From Pecten maximus (Eukaryota), in assembly GCF_902652985.1 (NCBI RefSeq), contig NC_047028.1, positions 12,462,001-12,526,000 of the forward strand: DNA of 64,000 nucleotides, in the 5' to 3' direction. The notes under the pieces were generated by a model. The model worked only from the letters and a program-made list of their open reading frames with translations. It made no database searches and had not been told where the DNA came from. The position numbers were made by a program, and so were the translations under genes. Shown piece by piece: positions 1-14,183 of this stretch. How positions within the stretch are numbered: the first letter of the stretch is position 1; each line of letters opens with the position of its first letter.

Positions 1-421
1 TCACCATCAGTACAAACTAACAGTTTAGTACATTAGAATCAAAATTAAATAGCTGGAAAGGACAAAACTGTTGTATTAAGGGTCGTTAGTGATGCTCGCG
101 ACCTTACTGCTGAAACCTGAGGAAGCAACTTCCGGAGGAAAGTAAATATAGACCAAAAGAAATATCGAAGTATAGATATAACTTCATAACTCAATTAATT
201 TAGCAATTTTCAGGGCGAGTGTTTATGCTATTAACTCTTATTCAGTAGCTGCTGATTCACACTCTTCACGGTAATTAACATTCATTATTATGCAAATCAA
301 CACTCTACAGTTGATGTGGTGATGGGTGGGTGGGTAGGCGGTGTATAGTATAGTGGCTCCTACATCGTGATGCCATATATGATCACATTCAAAAAATGAA
401 AGAAGATGTAATTTATAAGTA

Positions 422-2690
422 AACAAGAGATCCCAGAGGGATCTTGGCGCCCACCATTGAATGATCTTTATAGGTTCCATGTCAGATTGATCTTTTCTCT
501 ACTTTTCCCTTCCTCTAAGTCTTACTAATCTGTGTAAATTCAGAAACAGCCCTCTAGTACTTTTCAAACAAGGGGAACCTATATATAAAATTTAAGATTT
601 AGCAATAGTGGCTGTCTGTTGTTTTTGGATTGGTCCCAAAATGCAACACCAGGGACCAAGGGGAACCTACATATGAAATTTGAGAAAGATCCCTTCAGTA
701 CCTTCTGTAAAATAGCGATAACAAACTTCAATTGTCAAAATACAAGATGGCTGCCTGTCGGCCATGTTGTTTTCCTATTGGTCCCAAGATGCAATATGCA
801 GAACTACAGACCAAGGGGAACTTATAAAAATGTTTGAGAAAGATCCCTTCAGTACTTTCTGAAAAATAGCGATAATAAGTTTCAATTGTCAAAATCTAAG
901 ATGGCTGCCTGTCGGCCATGTTGTTTTACGATTAGTCTCAAAATGAAATATGCATAACTAGGCACCGAGGGGAACCTAAATATGAAACTTGAGAAAGATC
1001 CCTTCATTACTTTCTGAGAAATAGCGATAACAAACTTCAATTGTCAAAATCTAAGATGGCTGCCTGTCGGCCATGTTGTTTTCTGATAGGTCTTAAAATG
1101 TAATATGCATAACTAGGCACCAAGGGGAACCTATATATGAAATTTGAGAAAGATCCCTTCAGCACTTTCTGAGAAATAGCGATAACAAACTTCAATTGTC
1201 AAAATCCAAGATGGCTGCCTGTCGGCCATGTTGTTTTCTGATAGGTCTCAAAATGCAATATGCATAACTAGGCACCAAGGGAAACCTACATATGAAATTT
1301 GAGAAAGATCCCTTCATTACTTTCTCAGAAATAGCGATAACAAACTTCAATTGTCAAAATCCAAGATGGCTGCCTGTCGGCCATGTTGTTTTCTGATTGG
1401 TCTCAAAATGCAATATGCATAACTAGGCACCAAGGGAAACCTACATATGAAATTTGAGAAAGATCCCTTCAGTTCTTTCTCAGAAATAGCGATAACAAAC
1501 TTCAATTGACAAAATCCAAGATGGCTACCTGTCGGCCATGTTGTTTTCCGATTGGTCTCAAAATGCAATATGCATAACTAGGCACCAAGGGGAATCTTCA
1601 TATGAAATTTGAGAAAGATCCCTTCAGTACTTTCTCAGAAATAGCGATAACAAACTTCAATTGCCAAAATCCAAGATGGCTGCCTGTCGGCCATGTTGTT
1701 TTCCGATTGGCCTCAAAATGCAATATGCATAACTAGGCACCAAGGGAAACCTACATATGAAATTTGAGAAAGATCCCTTGAGTACTTTCTTAGAAATAGC
1801 GATAACAAACTTCAATTGTCAAAATCTAAGATGGCTGCCTGTCGGCCATGTTGTTTTCCTATTGGTCTCAAAATGCAATATACATAACTAGGCACCAAGG
1901 GAAACCTACATATGAAATTTGAGAAAGATCCCTTGAGTACTTTCTTAGAAATAGCGATAACAAACTTCAATTGTCAAAATCTAAGATGGCTGCCTGTCGG
2001 CCATGTTGTTTTCCTATTGGTCTCAAAATGCAATATACATAACTAGGCACCAAGGGAAACCTACATATGAAATTTGAGAAAGATCCCTTCAGTACTTTCT
2101 CAGAAATAGCGATAACAAACTTCAATTGTCAAAATCCAAGATGGCTACCTGTCGGCCATGTTGTTTTCCGATTGGTCTCAAAATGCAATATGCATAACTA
2201 GGCACCAAGGGGAATCTACATATGAAATCTGAGAAAGATCCCTTCAGTACTTTCTCAGAAATAGTGATAACAACCTTCAATTGTCAAAATCCAAGATGGC
2301 TGCCTGTCGGCCATGTTGTTTTCCGATTGGTCTCAAAATGCAATATGCATAACTAGGCACCAAGGGGAATCTACAGATGAAATTTGAGAAAGATCCCTTG
2401 AGTACTTTCTCAGAAATAGCGATAACAAACTTCAATTGTCAAAATCCAAGATGGCTGCCTGTCGGCCATGTTGTTTTACGATTGGTCTCAAAATGCAATA
2501 TGCATAACTAGGCACCAAGGGGAACCCACATATGAAATTTGAGAAAGATCCCTTCAGTACTTTCTGAGGATTAGCGATAACAAGAATTGTTTACGGACGG
2601 ACGGAGGGACGGACGGACGGACGGACGGACCACGGACCACGGACGCAGGGCGATTTGAATAGCCCACCATCTGATGATGGTGGGCTAAAA
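422..2690 (-). mobile_element. Non-autonomous Helentron-associated element (HINE/DINE-1-like) with an internal 155-bp tandem array
   Basis: Read on the - strand it shows a 5' hairpin (AGCCCACCATC...GATGGTGGGCT, ~2662-2687), a (GTCC)n microsatellite (~2594-2645), ~13 copies of a 155-bp repeat (AGATCCCTT at 841, 996, 1151, 1306...2546), a 3' sub-terminal GGTGGGC and a stem-loop AGATCCC-TCT-GGGATCT ending in CTTGTT. Confidence 0.8.
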
Positions 2691-2992
2691 AATCTCAGAT
2701 GATGATATTGTATATTGACACATTTGTAGGCTTAAGCTATGACGAATGGATATGCTTGTTTATCGTCTTGTTAGATAAGATAAGTTACATTTTATTTAAA
2801 GTCGGTTGACATATAAACAAATAACATAAGCTATGAAGAGTTTTTGACCGACATATATACAACTATAATACATGGTACGTAAAACATTGTAATACCGACA
2901 TGAGGTACGAAATATATTTTGTAGATCAAACTCTAAAGGCTTTGTAGTACTATATCATGTCTAGTTGTAAAATATATGTGTCTGCAGAAAAA

Positions 2993-3200
2993 GGGGCCGC
3001 GATGGTCAAGGTGTCCCGACACCTTATCACTAGCCCTCCACCTCTGGGTCCCGGGTTCGAAACCCACGTAGGACAGTTGCCTGGTACGGGCGCCTATGGT
3101 TTTTCTCCGGATACTCCGGCTTTCCTCCTACCTCAAAACCTGGCACGTCCTTAAATGACCCTGGCTGTTAGTAGGACGTTAAACAAAATAAACCAATAAA
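2993..3200 (+). mobile_element. tRNA-derived SINE with V-domain (V-SINE-like), internally deleted
   Basis: GGGGCCGCG head, B box GTTCGAAAC, core GGTTTTTCTCCGGATACTCCGGCTTTCCTCC and A-rich tail. Flanked by an 11-bp TSD CTGCAGAAAAA (2982-2992 / 3201-3211). Homologous to the copies at 18.7 kb and 48.6 kb. Confidence 0.85.
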
Positions 3201-3429
3201 CTGCAGAAAAAGAAGGAGTATGTAGATAGATCACATTAGAGAAAATAACTTGAACACTAATTAAGATAATTCAAATGTTGAAAATATTGTTAAAGAAGAT
3301 GTGTAGGCAAAAGACGTGTTATTGGTTCCGATTTGCAATCGGTTCCAATGCAGGACGCTAGCAGAGAAGTGAAGTGGTTGCAATGAGTTCCAACTTCTTG
3401 CATGTCAAATATGTTTGTTTTCTGAAGAT

Positions 3430-4010
3430 TGAATTTTCTGGTTTTCGGTCTTACGAAGTTGTTGAGACATGGCGGTGTGGTTTTTGGCCTGACGGAGTTG
3501 TGGAGACATAGCGGTGTGGTTTTTGGTCTGACGAAATTAAGGAGACATGGCGGCGTGGATTTGCGTCTGACGATATTGTGGAGACATTGCGGTTTTTTTT
3601 TGGTTTTTTTTGTTTTGTTTTTGCTTTGTTTTTGTTTTGCCTGGCGATTTTGTGGAGATATGACGTTATGTTTTTTGTCTGACGAAGTTGTGGAAATATG
3701 GTGGTGAGGTTTTTGTGTCTGACGAAGTTGTAAAGACATGCTGGTGAGGTTTTTGTGAGTGACGAAGTTGTGAAGACATGGTGGTGTGATTGTTGTGTCT
3801 GACGGTGTTGTGGAGATATGGCGGTGAAGTTTTTGGTCTGCCGATGTTGTGGAGACATGGCGGTGTGATTTTACACATTTGTATCCAAGATGGAGATATC
3901 TAATATGTTTAGAAGTTTTACACATTTGTGTCCTAGACGTAGATATCTAATAAGTTTAGAAGTTTTCCACATTTGTATCCTAGACGTAGATATCTAATAA
4001 GTTTACAAGT
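3430..4010. repeat. Degenerate ~40-bp tandem repeat followed by ~3 copies of a ~49-bp repeat
   Basis: Recurring GTCTGACGAAGTTGTGGAGACATGGCGGTG motif, then ACATTTGTATCCTAGACGTAGATATCTAATAAGTTTA units. Confidence 0.7.
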
Positions 4011-4630
4011 TGTACACAAGGCTAGCTTCTGAAAGGGTTAAAGTGTCAGCTAGAAATACTGAACTAGAAACAGTCATACAATACACGAGATTCCTCTCGG
4101 CCAATATGAAATCCATGGAATTATGCGTTCATAATATCTATAAAGCGATGAGTAAAGATGTCATGGGTCGTAAAACTCACAAACGTGACCAAAACAAAAT
4201 GTCCTTTACCAAACACATTCATGGTCTTCATTTCTATCAACTTTTATCGAAATTCATTAAACATGAGTTGCGTAGGAGAGTTCATAAAAAATCAAATCAT
4301 TGACAGACGTTTGGTCGAGTAATGACGAAGAAAGGTCACGTGATTTGTGTTTCTCGATAATTCTATGTTGTACCCATTTTTGCTAATGTCTTCACGACAA
4401 GTAAGTTTACTCAAATCTAGAAAAAATGTGCCTCTGATATTTGCACAAAGCTACGATTGACATGTTTGTACAACTGATTAAATCAATGCGTTTAGGAAAA
4501 AAGTAAATGTTATCATTGTTCAAACATTTACTAAGATATGCTTACCAACTGTTCAGGAATGCCCTAAATCAAGCCATTGCTGATAACAAATGTTTCTATT
4601 TTAGCAATGACACAAGATTGTGAGTTGGTA

Positions 4631-6441
4631 AGAGGTGTACATGTACCCTAATATGATCCTTTAGGTCAGAGGTGTACATGTACCCTAATATGATCCGTTA
4701 GGTCAGAGGTGTACATGTACCCTAATATGATCCGTTAGGTCAGAGGTGTACATGTACCCTAATATGATCCGTTAGGTCAGAGGTGTACATGTACCCTAAT
4801 ATGATCCGTTAGGTCAGAGGTGTACATGTACCCTAGTATTATCCGTTAGGTCAGAGGTATACATGTACCCTAATATGATCCGTTAGGTCAGAGGTGTACA
4901 TGTACCCTAATATGATCCGTTAGGTCAGAGGTGTACATGTACCCTAATATGATCCGTTACGTCAGAGGTGTACATGTACCCTAATATGATCCGTTAGGTC
5001 AGAGGTGTACATGTAACCTAATATGATCCGTTAGGTCAGAGGTGTACATGTACCCTAATATGATCCGTTAGGTCAGAGGTGTACATGTACCCTAATATGA
5101 TCCGTTATGTCAGAGATGTACATGTACCCTAATATGATCCGTTACGTCAGAGGTGTACATGTACCCTAATATGATCCGTTACGTCAGAGGTGTACATGTA
5201 ACCTAATATGATCCGTTAGGTCAGAGGTGTACATGTACCCTAATATGATCCGTTAGGTCAGAGGTGTACATGTACCCTAATATGATCCGTTAGGTCAGAG
5301 GTGTACATGTACCCTAATATGATCCGTTAGGTCAGAGGTGTACATGTACCCTAATATGATCCGTTAGGTCAGAGGTGTATATGTACCCTAATATGATCCG
5401 TTACGTCAGAGGTATACATGTACCCTAATATGATCCGTTAGGTCAGAGGTGTACATGTACCCTAATATGATCCGTTAGGTCAGAGGTGTACATGTACCCT
5501 AATATGATCCGTTAGGTCAGAGGTGTACATGTACCCTAATATGATCCGTTAGGTCAGAGGTGTACATGTACCCTAATATGATCCGTTATGTCAGAGGTGT
5601 ACATGTACCCTAATATGATCCGTTAGGTCAGAGGTGTACATGTACCCTAATATGATACGTTATGTCAGAGGTGTACATGTACCCTAATATGATCCGTTAG
5701 GTCAGAGGTGTACATGTACCCTAATATGATCCGTTAGGTCAGAGGTGTACATGTACCCTAATATGATCCGTTACGTCAGAGGTGTACATGTACCCTAATA
5801 TGATCCGTTAGGTCAGAGGTGTACATGTACCCTAATATGATCCGTTAGGTCAGAGGTGTACATGTACCCTAATATGATCGGTTAGGTCAGAGGTGTACAT
5901 GTACCCTAATATGATCCGTTAGGTCAGAGGTGTACATGTACCCTAATATGATCCGTTAGGTCAGAGGTGTATATGTACCCTTATATGATCCGTTACGTCA
6001 GAGGTGTACATGTACCCTAATATGATCCGTTAGGTCAGAGGTGTACATGTACCCTAATATGATCCGTTAGGTCAGAGGTGTACATGTACCCTAATATGAT
6101 CCGTTAGGTCAGAGGTGTACATGTACCCTAATATGATCCGTTAGGTCAGAGGTGTACATGTACCCTAATATGATCCGTTAGGTCAGAGGTGTACATGTAC
6201 CCTAATATGATCCGTTAGGTCAGAGGTGTACATGTACCCTAATATGATCCGTTAGGTCAGAGGTGTACATGTACCCTAATATGATCCGTTAGGTCAGAGG
6301 TGTACATGTACCCTAGTATTATCCGTTAGGTCAGAGGTATACATGTACCCTAGTATGATCCGTTAGGTCAGAGGTGTACACGTACCCTAATATGATCCGT
6401 TAGGTCAGAGGTGTACATGTACCCTAATATGATCCGTTAGG
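4631..6441. repeat. 37-bp minisatellite, ~49 copies
   Basis: Unit AGAGGTGTACATGTACCCTAATATGATCCGTTAGGTC in near-perfect head-to-tail copies. Confidence 0.97.
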
Positions 6442-7055
6442 TTTTCACAAATCGTTATCGCCTACTGTTAAAGCTGATGAGTAATTTTAAATAATTTAAT
6501 TCTTGCCCGAAAGCAAAAACTCGAAGAGAAAGAACGAAATCTTATCATCGATTACCTTAGATATGACGTCTTTTTTGTTATTTTGGGGTATACATTGTAC
6601 ATTAAATGTAAACGGGTAATCCTCTGTATGACTTTGTCTGTAGCCATCAAACTGACAATTTTTGTATGAATGTGTCTGTAGCCATCAAACTAACAATTTT
6701 GTATGACTTTATCTGTTGTCAATAAACTCCCAATAATTTCTGTATGACTTTGTCATCGAACTCCCTTTTTTTTCTGTATGAATTGTCTGTCGCCATTAAT
6801 TCTAAAAAAAAAACGTCTGGTTAAAACAAGCTAATCTGAATTATATCGTGGCCAAATATAGGTCTAAGTAAATCAGTCATACACGCATTTTATGAATCAC
6901 ATAACTTTGTTCAGAGTTCAAGACAAAATTCCGAATGAGAATCGCTCCCTCTAAAAATAAAATCTAACATTAATACATCAGTTCCAACAAACGTTTTCAG
7001 TATATTTAGCTTAATAAAATAATAACACGGAAAAGATTATTTACCAGTAACTGAA

Positions 7056-8890
7056 AAGTGTATGACATGATTTGTCCTCTGGTACATTAGGACGTTTTGA
7101 GAGTGTATGACGAGATTGGTCCTCTGGTACATTAGGACGTTTGAGAGTGTATGACGAGATTGGTCCTCTGGTACAATAGGACGTTTTGAGAGTGTATGAC
7201 GAGATTGGTCCTCTGGTACAATAGGACGTTTCGAGAGTGTATGACGAGATTGGTCTTCTGGTACATTAGGACGTTTGGAGAGTGTATGACGAGATTGGTC
7301 CCCGGGTAAAGTAGACGTTTTGGGAGTGTATGACGAGATTGGTCCTCTGGTACATTAGGACGTTTGGAGAGTGTATGACGAGATTGGTCCTCTGGTACAA
7401 TAGGACGTTTCGAGAGTGTATGACGAGATTGGTCCTCTGGTACATTAGGACGTTTGGAGAGTGTATGACATGATTCGTCCTCTGGTACATTAGGACGTTT
7501 GGAGAGTGTATGACATGATTGGTCCTCTGGTACAATAGGACGTTTGGAGAGTGTATGACGAGATTGGTCCTCTGGTACATTAGGACGTTTGGAGAGTGTA
7601 TGACATGATTGGTCCCCGGGTAAATTAGACGTTTTGGGAGTGTATGACGAGATTGGTCCTCTGGTACAATAGGACGTTTTGGGAGTGTATGGCATGATTG
7701 GTCCTCTGGTACATTAGGACGTTTGGAGAGTGTGACGAGATTGGTCCTCTGGTACATTAGGACGATTGGAGAGTGTATGACATGATTGGTCTTTCGGTAC
7801 AATAGGACGTTTTGAGAGTGTATGACATGATTGGTCCTCTGGTACATTAGGACGTTTGGAGAGTGTATGACGAGATTGGTCCTCTGGTACATTAGGACGT
7901 TTGGAGAGTGTATGACGAGATTGGTCCTCTGGTACAATAGGACGTTTGGAGAGTGTATGACGAGATTGGTCCTCTGGTATATAGGACGTTTGGGGAGTGT
8001 ATGACGAGATTGGTCCTCTGGTACAATAGGACGTTTGGAGTGTGTATGACGAGATTGGTCCTCTGGTACAATAGGACGTTTGGAGAGTGTATGACGAGAT
8101 TGGTCCTCTGGTACAATAGGACGTTTGGAGAGTGTATGACATGATTGGTCCTCTGGTACAATAGGACGTTTGAGAGTGTATGACGAGATTGGTCCTCTGG
8201 TACAATAGGACGTTTGAGAGTGTATGACGAGATTGGTCCTCTGGTACAATAGGACGTTTGGAGAGTGTATGACGAGATTGGTCCTCTGGTACAATAGGAC
8301 GTTTGGAGAGTGTATGACGAGATTGGTCCTCTGGTACAATAGGACGTTTGGGGAGTGTATGACGAGATTGGTCCTCTGGTACAATAGGACGTTTGGAGAG
8401 TGTACGACGAGATTGGTCCTCTGGTACATTAGGACGTTTGGAGAGTGTATGACATGATTGGTCCTCTGGTACATTAGGACGTTTGGGGAGTGTATGACAT
8501 GATTGGTCATCTGGTACATCAGGACGTTTGGAGAGTGTATGACATGATTGTTCGTCTGGTTCATTAGGACGTTTGAGAGTGTATGACGAGATTGGTCCTC
8601 TGGTACATTAGGACGTTTGGAGAGTGTATGACATGATTGGTCCTCTGGTACATTAGGACGTTTGGAGAGTGTATGACATGATTGGTCCTCTGGTACAATA
8701 GGACGTTTGGAGAGTGTATGACGAGATTGGTCCTCTGGTACATTAGGACGTTTGGAGAGTGTATGACATGATTGGTCCCCGGGTAAATTAGACGTTTTGG
8801 GAGTGTATGACGAGATTGGTCCTCTGGTACATTAGGACGTTTGGAGAGTGTATGACGAGATTGGTCCCCGGGTACATTAGGACGTTTTGA
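7056..8890. repeat. 45-bp minisatellite, ~40 copies
   Basis: Unit GAGTGTATGACGAGATTGGTCCTCTGGTACATTAGGACGTTTGGA. It produces the 15-aa periodic spurious ORFs in the track. Confidence 0.96.
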
Positions 8891-9810
8891 GATCCCTCCA
8901 AATTTGCTGAACATCAATTTTAAACAATAATTCCACATATGCTTTGACATATTTTGTCACCATATAAGCATGCACCTGTCCGCCGATAACCATAAATATG
9001 GTTGACAACATTTTGTCGTAACACACTTCACGTAACAGACTTAAATAACAGTACATAGAAGATCGCCGCCCGGGGTAATTATTTACATACCGTTTCATTA
9101 GGTCTTTGTTCTCGAGTTTATTAACCAGTTAACCGTTAGTAGACAAGATTAAGACATTTTGAGGTTTGGTGGCTGTCCTACACATTCTTTCCGAGCATGT
9201 TTACATATACAGGTATGTGTGTATTCACGGCGCACACATACAGTACTAATGGTATACATACCCTGTCGTCTGACCACCGACGTACGTCTACACTTCCATG
9301 TGTGGTAACATGAGGTATATGGTATTGATCCATGTGTCACTCATACATGAACAAGAGTGTCCATTCACAGCGAAAACAAATCCTCAACGGTCATCTGTAC
9401 ACATAAAGGAATGTCCAGTGGGTCACTTGAATGTCGATACAAGTCCAACTGGTCACCATACGTATACGTGTCGGTACCCGACCCTCAGACAAAATGTGTG
9501 TACCTGTTGAAAGAAAGCATTGGCGACTGTGATAAAAATAGGCTAACCCAAGCCACCAGCTGACTAGCTATAGTAAGCGCAATGAAATTGACCCCACGAG
9601 GTAGTCTCGTTCCAGCTGAGGGATTCTCGCCCTATTGATCTGTTCTATATTTATCCCCAGCCATCCCCTGACAACTGTGAAGTATAAACGAACCCAAATT
9701 ATCAAAGAAGTCGTGATACTTTAACTATAAGTTATATTAAACCAAGCAGATTAGTATTCGCCCACTAGTTAACACTGTCTAATCGCAACCACAGCGGCCT
9801 GGCACGATTA

Positions 9811-10342
9811 TATGGCAAGTCAAAGTGAAAAAAAGTCACTATTTATGGATATCCATAAATCATTTCGAATATCCATAAATGAATTATGGATATCCATCAA
9901 TCGAACCACGGCCAGGTTTTTGGTAAATTTAATCTTGATTTGAAATCGGTAATATGCACATTGTATGAGAGGTACTTTAAATGCATAAATTGAAGAAAAA
10001 TCATTCATGTCCTCTCTATTTGACAGCGTATGGATCATAGTGTTCGTAGAGTGTAGAATGTACCTGTCGTTGGTGTACGTACATAGATCTACAGTACAAC
10101 ATAAATTATAAACAAACTTTGTGGATATTCATAAATTGCCTGTAAATATCCATAATTCGTATCTTAATATCCATAAATGAATTATGGATATCCATAATTA
10201 AAGTTGATTTATGGATATCCATAAATAAGTATTTATGGATATCCATAAATCGAATTATGGATATTAGAATTAATTATGGATATTAAGAATTATTTATGGA
10301 TATCCATAAATAGTGACTTTTTTTCCACTTTGGCTTGCCATA
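9811..10342. mobile_element. MITE with TATGG...CCATA termini and 6-bp TSD (IS3EU-like)
   Basis: ~50-bp TIRs (TATGGCAAGTCAAAGTGAAAAAAAGTCACTATTTATGGATATCCATAAAT and its reverse complement). Direct repeat CGATTA at 9805-9810 and 10343-10348. Internal palindromic ATTTATGGATATCCATAAAT subrepeats. Confidence 0.8.
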
Positions 10343-10540
10343 CGATTATACACATATATATGGACCATAATTTGGAAAATCGTGTCAAACCCCTGTGATT
10401 GCAACCACAGAACACATATTCATGTTCTAATTTAAAAGAAATTTCAGATGAATTTCGTTTCCGACTGCAATTTCTATTTTATTGTGATATTATGATAAGC
10501 AAAGCGTTTTTGTTTTTGTTTTTAGCGGTTTAAAGTGCCC

Positions 10541-11156
10541 CCAACAGCTAGAGTCGTATGAGGTCGGATGTCTAGGAGACACCAACAGCTAGAGTCGTAT
10601 GAGGTCGGATGTCTAGGAGACACCAACAGCTAGAGTCGTATGAGGTCGGATGTCTAGGAGACACCAACAGCTAGAGTCGTATGAGGTCGGATGTCTAGGA
10701 GACACCAACAGCTAGAGTCGTATGAGGTCGAATGTCTAGGAGACACCAACAGCTAGAGTCGTATGAGGTCGGATGTCTAGGAGACACCAACAGCCAGAGT
10801 CGTATGAGGTCGAATGTCTAGGAGACACCAACAGCTAGAGTCGTATGAGGTCGAATGTCTAGGAGACACCAACAGCTAGAGTCGTATGAGGTCGAATGTC
10901 TAGGAGACACCAACAGCTAGAGTCGTATGAGGTCGGATGTCTAGGAGACACCAACAGCTAGAGTCGTATGAGGTCGAATGTCTAGGAGACACCAACAGCT
11001 AGAGTCGTATGAGGTCGAATGTCTAGGAGACACCAACAGCTAGAGTCGTATGAGGTCGAATGTCTAGGAGATACCAACAGCTAGAGTCGTATGAGGTCGA
11101 ATGTCTAGGAGACACCAACAGCTAGAGTCGTATGAGGTCGGATGTCTAGGAGACAC
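10541..11156. repeat. 41-bp minisatellite, ~15 copies
   Basis: Unit CCAACAGCTAGAGTCGTATGAGGTCGGATGTCTAGGAGACA. Confidence 0.96.
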
Positions 11157-11454
11157 TTATAAAAGAAAACAAAGCACAGAAAGACAGAAGTGCGAGAAAG
11201 GAAAACATTTGAGTTGTAATGATAGACAGAAGATCTATTTAGGTCTCTTCAATTTCCCATGGATACAAAAGACACGGAAGAAAATCCAATTCTTCAGGGC
11301 CCTACCTTTAGTGACTTTCTAGGATCAACAAAGAAAAATCAGTAATTAATATGCAGTAATAACGTTAAAGAAAAATAGAACAGGTAACATTATACATTTA
11401 GCTTGTAAGAAAAGGTCAGACCAATCGAATGGGTAAATATTGTTGTACAAAAAT

Positions 11455-12424
11455 AGTAATATGTATGGTATTAACAATGTACAGGTATAATAGTATGGTA
11501 TTAACAATATATAGGTATGATAGTATGGTGATCACACAGGTAATGTGTATGGTATTAACAATATACAGGTATAATAGTATGGTATTAACAATGTACAGGT
11601 ATAATAGTATGGTATTAAGAATATACAGGTATAATAGTATGGTGATCACACAGGTAATGTGTATGGTATTAACAATATACAGGTATAATAGTATGGTATT
11701 AACAATATACAGGTATAATAGTATGGTATTAACAATATACAGGTATAATAGTATGGTATTAACAATATACAGGTATAATAGTATGGTATTAACAATATAC
11801 AGGTATAATAGTATGGTATTAACAATATACAGGTATAATAGTATGGTGATTCACAATATGGTATACAAGGTATGATAGTATGATCGTATGGTATAACCAA
11901 TATACAGGTATAATAGTATGGTATTAACAATATACAGGTTAATTAGTATGGTCTTAAACAATATACAGGTATAATAGTATGGTGCTTCACAATACAGGAT
12001 AATAGTATGGTGATTCACAATCAGGTAATGATAGTATGGTTAATTAACAATATACAGGTATAATAGTATGGTATTAACCAATATACAGGTTATAATGTAT
12101 GGTATTAACAATATACAGTATTAGATAGTATGGTATTAACAATATACAGGTATAATATGCAGTATTAACCATATACAGGTATAATAGTATGGTATTAACC
12201 AATATACAGGCTATAATAGTATGGTGATTCACAACATGTAATGTGTATTATACAAATATTATGGTATTAACAATTATTTACAGGTTCTAATAGTATGGTA
12301 AATCACTACAGGTATAATAGTATGGTATTAACAATATACAGGTATAATAGTATGGTATTAACAATATACAGGTATAATAGTATGGTGATCACACCGGTAT
12401 AATAGTATGGTATTAACAATATAT
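11455..12424. repeat. 30-bp minisatellite
   Basis: Unit TATGGTATTAACAATATACAGGTATAATAG. The central part (~11860-12310) is indel-noisy. Confidence 0.93.
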
Positions 12425-13384
12425 GGAATGGTTTCCCGTTTAATGTAACATATATTTCACGAGGATGACAGACTATCGATATTTTCACGCATATAGTTAT
12501 ATGTTGTTATAAGATTCTCTTAGAAATAAAAAAAAAAAAAGCCTGAAAAATGAAAAACGATCTGTGACATCAAACACCCTCGCTAGATATGTTGGACACG
12601 TCGTGTCCTTGGACGACAAGAATACTGTTTTCGGTTGTTCCCAAACACTGAACAATGTTCTTAGCCCCAGAAAACTGTGAAAAATGCACAGAATATATTC
12701 GGACGGGAAGAACATAAATGGCTGCGATGTACTGATATAAATCTTCCATACGTCTGAAATTTATTCATATTTTTGTTCAATAAACATCCTTGATTTTGGA
12801 AATTCCTGATCTGTAGTTGAAAAAGTATCTAGCCAACAAAGATTAACAGAAAATATCTTAAAATAGAGCTTTGCGTATTGATTAAGAGTAATTTATGGCG
12901 TACATTTTCTTGTTGTCTCCTCTGCTTGCGAGACAGTCAAGAGATCTAAGTTGATGTACTGGCACCACCTGTGACTGGTTAATACGAGGATGTTAAACAT
13001 AGTACAAACGAAAAGGATTGGAGATACAGATGACCTATTGATAAGAGGATAATGAATGAGTTTTGTGGACACCGTGTTTGTGTTCCTGTCACGAGCCTGG
13101 TGATAGGACGAAAATTTACAGGAACATGTTCTATGTAGTTCCTGAATCGACAAGAACCTTTGCACCCGAAGACACTCCAGGTGTTATGGACAGCATAGCT
13201 AAATTTCACTTATGAATATGTTGAAATGCAGTGGTCCGAGTGCCCTGAGGTAAGCGACGATCGGATTCTATGTATGGCCACTAATGCAATTATAAATAAA
13301 AATAGAGGGCGAAATATAAGTCCAAGTTCACCACTGACTTTATTAACAAAATGGGCGCCACGTCTGTACAACTAATGTTAATGT

Positions 13385-13875
13385 ACTGTTCTTTGTAATA
13401 CACCGTACTTGGTAATACACTATACTTGGTAATACAATGTACTTTGTAATACACTGTAATTGGTAATACACTCTACTTGGTAATACACTGTACTTGGTAA
13501 TACACTGTCCTTGGTAATACACTATACTTGGTAATACAATGTACTTTGTAATACACTGTAATTGGTAATACACTCTACTTGGTAATACACTGTACTTGGT
13601 AATACACTGTCCTTGGTAATACACTATACTTGGTAATACAATGTACTTTGTAATACACTGTACTTGGTAATACACTGTCCTTGGTAATACACTATACTTG
13701 GTAATACACTGTCCTTGGTAATACACTGTAATTGGTAATACACTGTAATTGGTAATACACCCTACTTGGTAATAAACTGAACTTTGTAATACACTGTTCT
13801 TGGTAAATCACCGTACTTGGTAATACACTCTAATTAGTAATACACTCTACTTGGTAAACACTGTACTTGGTGATA
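13385..13875. repeat. 17-bp minisatellite
   Basis: Unit TGGTAATACACTGTACT with variants. Confidence 0.9.
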
Positions 13876-14183
13876 TAATGTATATTTCCTGGGGATATGA
13901 AAAGGTTTATAATCCAGTCAAATAACAATCACAAATATCCAGATTTTTTATTACGTGTGTTTTTGTTTAATAAACATTATTTCGCTCTCCCAAATACATG
14001 TAGTACATCTCATAAAGGACGGTTGGGATTCCTGTAGAAAACATCATAATCTAGAGACGGTGATACGGGCGGAAATTTACCAGCTATTTCTCGTTCTTCT
14101 CATGACATGTCCCGTGTGACTACATTCTGGAACAACCTTGACATTGTTTCTGCCATTGGAGTTCATGTTGTTACAAATGTTGG

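Noticed and set aside
7132-8950. Long repetitive ORFs up to 432 aa
   Set aside because: By-product of a 45-bp stop-poor repeat; open in several frames and on both strands, with no splice or start context.
4631-13875. CRISPR-like regular repeat arrays (37, 45, 41, 30 and 17 bp)
   Set aside because: Head-to-tail units with no unique spacers, no cas genes and a eukaryotic context: these are minisatellites.
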